Part shown: positions 57,191 through 64,000 of the stretch, piece by piece | Numbering within the stretch: the stretch's first letter is position 1 | Layout: every line of letters begins with the position of its first letter | Made by a program: the position numbers and the translations under genes | The notes under the pieces: generated by a model | What the model was told of the DNA's origin: nothing | Database searches by the model: none | The model's input: only the letters and a program-made list of their open reading frames with translations | DNA from: an uncultured virus (IMG/VR IMGVR_UViG_3300021399_004696) | Taxonomy: Duplodnaviria; Heunggongvirae; Uroviricota; Caudoviricetes | Reading direction: 5' to 3' (one strand) | IMG/VR virus record: IMGVR_UViG_3300021399_004696 | DNA length: 64,000 nt

Positions 57191-57501
57191 TGGAAAACGT
57201 TTATTACGTCACCGAAGATAAACAGGGCGGATATTTCGGCATGGGACGTTTATATACCGCTAAAGAGTGGCTAGACCAAACAGTTGAATGGCATGACCAC
57301 GATGATTACTGGGATTACGATACAGAAAGACAGGAGTTTATCGATAAATGGACAAAGGTTATCGAAGAGGGTAATGAACAGGATTTTATCGATTATATTG
57401 CAGGTTGCTGGGAGCTTGAGTTTGTGAAAGGAGATCCTGAAGTCGGTATTCCCGCAGAATACGACCCGGATGAATTGCAGTATCCCGATGAAAGTTTATA
57501 A
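57190..57501 (+). CDS. acidic orphan, C-terminus DESL
   Basis: GGAGG SD; TAATG overlap. Confidence 0.7.
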   Translation: MENVYYVTEDKQGGYFGMGRLYTAKEWLDQTVEWHDHDDYWDYDTERQEFIDKWTKVIEEGNEQDFIDYIAGCWELEFVKGDPEVGIPAEYDPDELQYPDESL

Positions 57502-60040
57502 AAATTGGTTAAGCATACTGGTTTGCGCCTGTTTGACAGCAAACATTTTTGCCGTAAACGTTTATGGTGACGTTGATGATACCACGGAATCTTCAGGGGA
57601 GGGTCAGGAGACAACGCAGGAACTTGTTCAGGCAGAGCTGCCAGACGATCCCGAAGATCCTGATAATACAGCCGAGATGTCGGAAGATCTGTCGGATTCT
57701 TCGGAAGATCAAGACAATTCCGATGTTTCCGAATCGTCAAGCGATGTTGAAAATAATGAAGAGGGCAATCCTGTCGAATCACCATCAGACGATAACACAG
57801 AGGGTTCAGATGAGCTTATGCCGGATAATGCTGTTTCGGAGGATCTGCCTGAGCCCGAGATTAATTCGGATGAGATCGAGTCGGAAGTAACCGAGTCAGG
57901 CGCGACAGCATCAGTCCAGCCTTTGGATTTTGTTGATGCACCTTTAACTCTTTCCAGAAACGCAACTCTGATTGAACTTTCATATGTCAACGGGAAATAT
58001 GTATATAACAACGAAGAGCACAACAGCTTCCCAACGTCAGGCTCTTATATCTTGATGTCAGATATGCCCATTTCCGCTCAGGTTGCCGTAAACGGGGAAC
58101 TGAGTATTGATCTGGGCGGATTCACTATTACAGACACTATTACGACCAGCAAGCAGCCGTTTTCGGTTCAACAGAATGATATTCTTAACATAAGCGGTAC
58201 GGGGACGATTCAAGGTAACTCTAATGTTTCTCATTGTTGCATTTTTATAAACAACGGCGGCGTAGTTAACATGTCCGGAGGCACTATTGACGGATTCCGA
58301 GCTACCGGAGTCGGCGGTGGTGTCAGCGTTAATCATAAAGATGACGTATTTACAATGTCGGGCAACGCCACCATTCAAAACTGCGGTGTAACGAACAACG
58401 GCCACGGCGGAGGTGTTGGTGTACGTCGCGGTACTTTTTATATGACCGACAATGCATGCGTTACCGGTTGCTATATATTAGGAACACCAGCTGAAAAGAA
58501 CGGGAACGGGGCAGGAATTTCTATAGGTGAAAGCGCCACAATGTATCTGTCAGGGAATGCAACGGTTACCAATAATACCGGAGTAGGATACCATGGTGCC
58601 GGCATCGACTTATGGAGCAACAGCCATCTTTATCTTTCAGGATCGCCTACGGTTCTGAATAACACTAACGGCAGGAATGAACCATGTAATCTCTATGTCG
58701 GCCCGACTCTTACCATAAACGGGCCTCTTACCGGAGCGCCTAATTCTATCGGCATCTCCATTCAGACTTATCCGACTTTTACTTCAGGGCTGTTAGCTAA
58801 CAACCCGGGTTCCACTATAGATGATCTTCTTGCTATATTTGATGCAGACCGTTATCACTGGACTTCTATTCCGAGAGCTTCTGAATATGAGATCATAGAT
58901 GACAACGGGACGGAAGCTAAAGTAGCGCCTACCATTACCGTTTATTACATGACTAACTATGGCAACAATACGGTTTGGAAGACTCAGGAAATGGCCCCCG
59001 GCGGTCAAGCGGTCAGTCCGGGCAACCCTACGCGTACCGGCTATAATTTCGGAGGCTGGTATCGCACCCCGCAAACAACAGGCAGTGCTTGGAGTTTTAG
59101 CAATAACAATGTTCCGCATGATGCTGATCTGTATCTATACGCAAAGTGGACCTTAAAGACGTATAACATGACGGTAACCGTTACAGGAGATTCGGACCAA
59201 GTAGTTGCATCGTCTTCCGCTACGGTAAATTACGGTTCTGACTGGACGTTCTCGGCTACGGCTAATCAAGGCTATAAGATCGTTTCTGTAAAGATAGACA
59301 ATGTAACTCAGACTTTAACGGATGATCCGACAACCGATTATACGCATCTTTTCAGTGCCATTGACAGAGCACACTCGGTTACGATCGACATTGCGCCGAT
59401 AACTTACACAGTTCAGGCAACGGTAGTCAACAATGCTGATGCGGCGCACTGGACCTTCTCAAATTATACTGCACCCGTTCAAGTGCAACACGGGTCTGGT
59501 CTGAACATATCGGGCAGTGTAGATGCTCAATATTATCTCGTTTCGGCGACGCTTAACAATCAGCCATTAACGCTTTCCGATTACGCTGTTTCCGATACTG
59601 ACTATTCCTTTGATCTGACAAACATTACTGAAGATACAACATTGGAAATCGAGGTAGGGCAGATGGTACCCATTACCATTACTGCTTCGGGGGAGCCGAC
59701 AGCTCTTTCTGTATCTTCGACACCTTCGCATTATTCAGTACCGAACAGTTCAGAGCAGATAACGATTCAGGTCGAACAGGGATATATTATCGAGGCCATT
59801 TATATCGACAACGTACTTCTGCCCACTCCTTTAGGTTTAGATGTCTATACCTGGGAACAGAATGTAGGGGGCAGCGGGCACTCTATTGAAGTCCGGATCA
59901 CACAGGCCCGAGTTATCATTCCGGAGGCCACAGGTTTTGCTCAAAACAAAGCTCCGATCATTGCGTTGTTAGCAGTTGTCGGAACGCTTTTCGGGCTTGC
60001 ATTAAAGACAAAAAGGCGCGGTAACACTACAGAACAGTAA
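57488..60040 (+). CDS. cell-surface protein (signal peptide, beta-helix-like GGG repeats, InlB B-repeat-like domain, C-terminal anchor)
   Basis: PTRTGYNFGGWY...LYAKW; IPEATG followed by a TM segment and KTKRR. Confidence 0.8.
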   Translation: MKVYKNWLSILVCACLTANIFAVNVYGDVDDTTESSGEGQETTQELVQAELPDDPEDPDNTAEMSEDLSDSSEDQDNSDVSESSSDVENNEEGNPVESPSDDNTEGSDELMPDNAVSEDLPEPEINSDEIESEVTESGATASVQPLDFVDAPLTLSRNATLIELSYVNGKYVYNNEEHNSFPTSGSYILMSDMPISAQVAVNGELSIDLGGFTITDTITTSKQPFSVQQNDILNISGTGTIQGNSNVSHCCIFINNGGVVNMSGGTIDGFRATGVGGGVSVNHKDDVFTMSGNATIQNCGVTNNGHGGGVGVRRGTFYMTDNACVTGCYILGTPAEKNGNGAGISIGESATMYLSGNATVTNNTGVGYHGAGIDLWSNSHLYLSGSPTVLNNTNGRNEPCNLYVGPTLTINGPLTGAPNSIGISIQTYPTFTSGLLANNPGSTIDDLLAIFDADRYHWTSIPRASEYEIIDDNGTEAKVAPTITVYYMTNYGNNTVWKTQEMAPGGQAVSPGNPTRTGYNFGGWYRTPQTTGSAWSFSNNNVPHDADLYLYAKWTLKTYNMTVTVTGDSDQVVASSSATVNYGSDWTFSATANQGYKIVSVKIDNVTQTLTDDPTTDYTHLFSAIDRAHSVTIDIAPITYTVQATVVNNADAAHWTFSNYTAPVQVQHGSGLNISGSVDAQYYLVSATLNNQPLTLSDYAVSDTDYSFDLTNITEDTTLEIEVGQMVPITITASGEPTALSVSSTPSHYSVPNSSEQITIQVEQGYIIEAIYIDNVLLPTPLGLDVYTWEQNVGGSGHSIEVRITQARVIIPEATGFAQNKAPIIALLAVVGTLFGLALKTKRRGNTTEQ

Positions 60041-60093
60041 TGGGTTTGGTGTAAGGGTATACTAAGCATAAATATAGTCGGAGGTACATTAGT

Positions 60094-60714
60094 ATGGGAC
60101 AATTTTCATGGCTTGATTGTGTAACGGGCGAACAGATATTTGATGATTACGAGAGGGATTCGTATGTTTTAGTTCCCAGAGAATTCCGTGATACATACGG
60201 GGTGGCTATTACCGAGGATTGTTATGATGGTTATGGTCGTTTCGGAGGTTATGACATATATGATCTCGTTGCAGACTGGAACAAAAAATATATCGATCCG
60301 GATAATTTTACCAGTCGTTGCCTTAATGTCGGATCGGAAGATAATTACGGCGGTTTATGGCCTGACGAAAAGGAAGATCTTAAAAAACAGGGGATGAGTG
60401 CCAAGGAAATAAACGCTTTGGATAAGGCTAAAAAGCATGAACATTGGCAAAATGCCGTTAACAGAGCTAATAAATCTATAGCCAAGATCAGAGATTTTTG
60501 TGAGGGTAGATCCGATGAGTATATGAAGACGATGTACGGCGCGGAATATAAGCGCAACATCGGCATTACTTTAGCTTGTTATGACGAAGATAACGAGAAG
60601 CTCCACTATCCGATAAAAATTACCTATCAGCAGGGCTATACGTATGAACAGTGTGATCCTTCTCCTTCAGACCCTGACCAGGGCTGGAATCTTGGCCACA
60701 ATAGAGGAATGTGA
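60094..60714 (+). CDS. conserved hypothetical, C-terminus NRGM
   Basis: MGQFSW...YDGYGRFGG.D.Y...DPDQG. Confidence 0.75.
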   Translation: MGQFSWLDCVTGEQIFDDYERDSYVLVPREFRDTYGVAITEDCYDGYGRFGGYDIYDLVADWNKKYIDPDNFTSRCLNVGSEDNYGGLWPDEKEDLKKQGMSAKEINALDKAKKHEHWQNAVNRANKSIAKIRDFCEGRSDEYMKTMYGAEYKRNIGITLACYDEDNEKLHYPIKITYQQGYTYEQCDPSPSDPDQGWNLGHNRGM

Positions 60715-60723
60715 GGGTAATAT

Positions 60724-61080
60724 ATGAGAATTATACCCGCAGACAAATATCGCGGTCTTCCGTGTTCTTATGTCGGCACCGGCTGTGCTTATGAAGATAT
60801 TACAAAGAAAGAGTTTGATGTCGATCTGCCAGACAGTTTGAGATCTGACGGTTACATGACACTGGAAGGCGAGAATAAATTTTTAAGGCAGTTTTTGCCC
60901 GTTAAAAAGAAAGTTTATTATAAAAGGTCCGAACGCATTTTGTTAAGAGACTTTTTACGTTCTAACACAGACTGTTGCTGCATCTGTGTCTTGGGGCATT
61001 TTATCTATGCTAAGGGCGGAGACTATTGGTCGTTTTTTAACAATGATAACGATCCGGTCGTATGTGTCTGGTATCTGTAA
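60724..61080 (+). CDS. hypothetical protein
   Basis: GAGGGT SD. Confidence 0.7.
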   Translation: MRIIPADKYRGLPCSYVGTGCAYEDITKKEFDVDLPDSLRSDGYMTLEGENKFLRQFLPVKKKVYYKRSERILLRDFLRSNTDCCCICVLGHFIYAKGGDYWSFFNNDNDPVVCVWYL

Positions 61081-61119
61081 ACAAAGGGGGTTCAACCTCC
61101 TTTTTTATTGCGCGTTTTA

Positions 61120-61150
61120 CCGGGTGTTCTTGATTTAATCGTGAAATAAT
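61120..61150 (+). promoter_or_regulatory. CCGGG-N20 promoter
   Basis: CCGGG 61120, AATAAT 61145, after a terminator at 61083-61106. Confidence 0.75.
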
Positions 61151-61181
61151 AGAGTTAAGAAGAACACAGGAGGTGATCGGA

Positions 61182-61667
61182 ATGTTATATTTCGGCAGCT
61201 TTAAAGATATTGATACAACTAAATATTATAAGGTTGTATTGGCAGTTCGCCATCTTCAGCATCCTGTAAAGGGGGATAATGTTATTCACGCACCTGTTCT
61301 TGCTCCGTCTGCGTATCTGGTTGCTAAGATCAGAAAGGAAAAAGAAGCCGGAACGTTTGATTATCCTATGTGGCGTGCTGTTTTTGTTGCTGAGTATATG
61401 TCGGAACTGATTGCCAGTGTTAACGCTCAGAAGACCTTGATAAATCTTTATAAGGCGGGATGTGAAAAGGATATTCTTGTATGTTGCTACTGCCCTGATG
61501 ATACTGTATGCCACAGAAGCGTGATCCAGGGACTTATGCAGGGAAGAGGAAGAAAGCAGAACAACGATGTGGTTGTGTCAGATAAGGATTACAGCTATTT
61601 CTATGACGACTTCCGCAGGCTTGTGGATTACAAGATAAAGCAACATCAGATACGCCCGAATAGTTAA
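61182..61667 (+). CDS. DUF488-like protein
   Basis: LAPS..L, LVCCYCPDDTVCHRS. Confidence 0.65.
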   Translation: MLYFGSFKDIDTTKYYKVVLAVRHLQHPVKGDNVIHAPVLAPSAYLVAKIRKEKEAGTFDYPMWRAVFVAEYMSELIASVNAQKTLINLYKAGCEKDILVCCYCPDDTVCHRSVIQGLMQGRGRKQNNDVVVSDKDYSYFYDDFRRLVDYKIKQHQIRPNS

Positions 61668-61717
61668 TTCCGGGCGTTTTGCTTATTTATGTGGTTGATT
61701 TAAAGAGGAGAAAGCAA

Positions 61718-61981
61718 ATGAAAAAAGAAAAAAGACAGGCTTACAAAATAAGATATTTATCAAAGATCCAGAACAAAAGACTGAAGACCTTGTTGTTTGC
61801 GCACAGCAGACGAATGGTTGGAGGTTTTACTTTAGGAGATTGTTTAGGGTTGGAGTATTACGAAGACGATAAAGCTTCGATCGAGTTCGATCCTAAGACC
61901 GGGGAGCCGGTTTGTAAATTTGCAGACGGGGATTCGGCGATCTCATATTTAGAAGAAATCAGAAGGAGGTGTTCGAGATGA
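61718..61981 (+). CDS. hypothetical protein
   Basis: GAGGAG SD; overlaps the sigma start. Confidence 0.6.
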   Translation: MKKEKRQAYKIRYLSKIQNKRLKTLLFAHSRRMVGGFTLGDCLGLEYYEDDKASIEFDPKTGEPVCKFADGDSAISYLEEIRRRCSR

Positions 61982-62979
61982 CCGAGTTGGCTGAAATTTT
62001 AAAGAAGGTTGTCAATAACACAATTAAGATGAAGGATCTTGAGCCTTTCGTTGAAGGTTTGGATGAAAAAGATTCCAAGGCTTTGTTCGATCTGCTCGTA
62101 GACAGGGGTATTGACATTATTGAAGAGGATGAGCCTTTGACATATACAGGCAATGACAGCAGCGTAGCCCAATATCTGAAGGAAATGGCACGCTATCCTC
62201 TGTTGACCCACGAGGAAGAAATTGACCTGGCAAACAGAGTTCAGGCCGGGGATGAAGAAGCTAAGGAGATCTTAGTTTGCAGCAATCTTCGTCTGGTTGT
62301 ATCCATTGCTAAGAAATATACTAACAGGGGTCTGCCTATCCTGGATCTCATACAGGAAGGAAATATAGGTCTTATGAAGGCTGTTTCTTACTTTGATCCA
62401 GAAAAAGGATTCCACTTCAGTACTTATGCTACCTGGTGGATCAGGCAGTCTGTTACCAGAGCTATTGCGGACCAGGCCAGAACGATCAGGATTCCTGTTC
62501 ATATGGTAGAGCAGATCAATAAGCTTGCCAGAACACAGAGAACTTTAACGCAGACCCTCGGCAGAGAGCCTACGATCGAAGAGCTTGCTGAAGCAACAGG
62601 GCATTCAATAGAAAAGATTCAGGACATCCAGAAAGTGTCTCAGGACCCCATCTCTTTGGATATGCCGGTCGGGGAAGACAAAGAAACACCTCTTTCCGAG
62701 TTTTTGAGTGTAAACGAAAGCACTTACAGTGCTCCGGATGAAGAAGCAAATCGAGAGGCGTTCAGAGAGGCGCTCAGTAAGAGTATGACTATTCTGTCCG
62801 AAAGAGAACAGATCATACTTAATCTGCGTTTCGGTCTGGATGACGGCAGATCGAGAACTTTGGAAGAAGTCGGTAACAGACTTGGAATAACCAGAGAAAG
62901 AGTCCGTCAGATAGAAGCAAAAGCTCTTAGAAAGCTTGGCAAGAATTCTCACGCAAGAATACTCCAGGGGTTCTATTAA
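61978..62979 (+). CDS. RpoD/SigA-like sigma factor with canonical regions 2 and 4
   Basis: SNLRLVVSIAKKY, DLIQEGNIGLMKAV, FSTYATWWIRQ, RTLEEVG..TRERVRQIEAKALRKL. Confidence 0.95.
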   Translation: MTELAEILKKVVNNTIKMKDLEPFVEGLDEKDSKALFDLLVDRGIDIIEEDEPLTYTGNDSSVAQYLKEMARYPLLTHEEEIDLANRVQAGDEEAKEILVCSNLRLVVSIAKKYTNRGLPILDLIQEGNIGLMKAVSYFDPEKGFHFSTYATWWIRQSVTRAIADQARTIRIPVHMVEQINKLARTQRTLTQTLGREPTIEELAEATGHSIEKIQDIQKVSQDPISLDMPVGEDKETPLSEFLSVNESTYSAPDEEANREAFREALSKSMTILSEREQIILNLRFGLDDGRSRTLEEVGNRLGITRERVRQIEAKALRKLGKNSHARILQGFY

Positions 62980-63005
62980 GTTGAATTTTGCTTTAAGCAT
63001 TTCAT

Positions 63006-63059
63006 GTAACACGTATAAAAGCGTCATTCCGGGCGCTTTTATATTGTCATTTATATATT
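63006..63059 (+). promoter_or_regulatory. GTAACAC box plus CCGGG-N20 promoter
   Basis: GTAACAC 63006, CCGGG 63029, TATATT 63054. Confidence 0.72.
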
Positions 63060-63084
63060 GAGATCAAGAAAGGACGGTGTAACA

Positions 63085-63330
63085 ATGTTACAAACACTGA
63101 AAAATATATCATATGAGCGGTTCGGTTCCAATTTAAGACAGGCTTTGGCCAACAACAAAATGTCTGACGAAGATTTCGGAAGATATGTTTTTGATCGCTT
63201 ATATTTTGCCAACGATAAGAAAATATTGGCAGCTAGAAAAGAAATGGTAGAGAGGATGTGTGGGGTGTCCGTCGCAGAAATGGCCGACAAGTCCCGCAGG
63301 ACAGATTTGAATGCTTCGGAAATATCGTGA
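63085..63330 (+). CDS. hypothetical protein
   Basis: AAGGA SD. Confidence 0.55.
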   Translation: MLQTLKNISYERFGSNLRQALANNKMSDEDFGRYVFDRLYFANDKKILAARKEMVERMCGVSVAEMADKSRRTDLNASEIS

Positions 63331-63331
63331 C

Positions 63332-63805
63332 ATGGGTCTGGATGTCCAGGACATCATATTGACCATTATAGAAAAAGAAACAGACAGAGAGTTGTCGTAC
63401 GAGGAGGTTGTCAGCTTTTTACAGGATCAAGCAGATATTTTTTCTTTAGAATTAATAGATGAATTAAGTAACAGTTCCAATTCAAAAGTGAAAAAACTGG
63501 CCACAAAATGGCAAACAGTTTATAAGCAGATCGTTCGTGTGACGCCTGCTGTTTTTATTGCACGGATTTGGGGTTTGGCTTTGGGGCTTAATTATGAGTC
63601 TTACGAAGAAGAATGCTTGTTTTGTGACCTGGTAGGATATTTGATCTATGAAACTTTATTCCAAAACGGTTATGTTTCAGGAAATCTGCACCAAATAACA
63701 CCTCCGACAGCTAAAGATGAGAGACGCGACATTCAGCTGAAAGTTTATCAAAGAGCTTTTGAAATAGGAAAGCAGATTAAAAGTTTAGAGGAGGTAATTC
63801 GATGA
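63332..63805 (+). CDS. hypothetical protein
   Basis: ATGA overlap with dut. Confidence 0.6.
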   Translation: MGLDVQDIILTIIEKETDRELSYEEVVSFLQDQADIFSLELIDELSNSSNSKVKKLATKWQTVYKQIVRVTPAVFIARIWGLALGLNYESYEEECLFCDLVGYLIYETLFQNGYVSGNLHQITPPTAKDERRDIQLKVYQRAFEIGKQIKSLEEVIR

Positions 63806-64000
63806 AAATCAAAAAATTGGCCCCGGATGCGAAGATTCCGGTAAAAGCTACCAGCAGCGCGGCAGGAGTGGATCTGTGTGCATATCTTCCCGAATACGGA
63901 GATAAGGATATTGATATCGAAAGCCATCAAACCATTAAAGTCCCGACCGGGATTGCAGTTGCCATACCGGAAGGCTATGTAGGGCTTATTTTTGCAAGAT
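63802..64000 (+). CDS. dut: trimeric dUTPase, truncated by the window end (not in the ORF track)
   Basis: MKIKKLAPDAKIP...SAAGVDLCA...VPTGIAVAIPEGYVGLIFAR. Confidence 0.9.
   Translation, partial: MKIKKLAPDAKIPVKATSSAAGVDLCAYLPEYGDKDIDIESHQTIKVPTGIAVAIPEGYVGLIFAR

Noticed and set aside
61670..61700. CCGGG at 61670 (also CCGGG 3544 and CCGGA 54605) as promoters
   Set aside because: No A..T hexamer at the 20-nt spacing; better explained as hairpin arms or degenerate copies, so not counted.
1..64000. Alternative genetic code or stop-codon reassignment
   Set aside because: Known genes are full length in the standard code, TAA/TGA/TAG all act as stops, and there is no suppressor tRNA.

Overview
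A 64-kb segment of a large mobile element from an anaerobic, Clostridia-like Firmicute host. It is either a giant plasmid/integrative element or the non-structural part of a jumbo phage; no virion or T4SS core genes are visible here. Nearly all genes are on the + strand. It carries 9 tRNA genes, a CCA-adding enzyme, a PNK-like kinase-HD protein, a T4 Rnl1-type RNA ligase, an HpaII-type (CCGG) restriction-modification pair, and integrase/excisionase next to attP-like arm repeats. It also encodes a TopB-like topoisomerase, NrdD, ThyX, dUTPase, RecD2, a DEDDh exonuclease, a WGR-PARP, two RpoD-family sigma factors, surface proteins and many small acidic orphans. Three unannotated patterns stand out. 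(1) At least 23 transcription units are preceded by CCGGG-N20-NANNNT. Its upstream element contains the CCGG target of the element's own methyltransferase, and the element encodes a sigma factor altered at promoter-reading residues. (2) A GTAACAC box lies about 37 or 48 bp upstream of -10 boxes. (3) 21-29 unrelated proteins end in a shared tetrapeptide (DRGL/EPEL/DHEL/ERDL-like), suggesting a C-terminal targeting tag. Family assignments come from motif recognition by eye, and motif counts are manual minimum counts.
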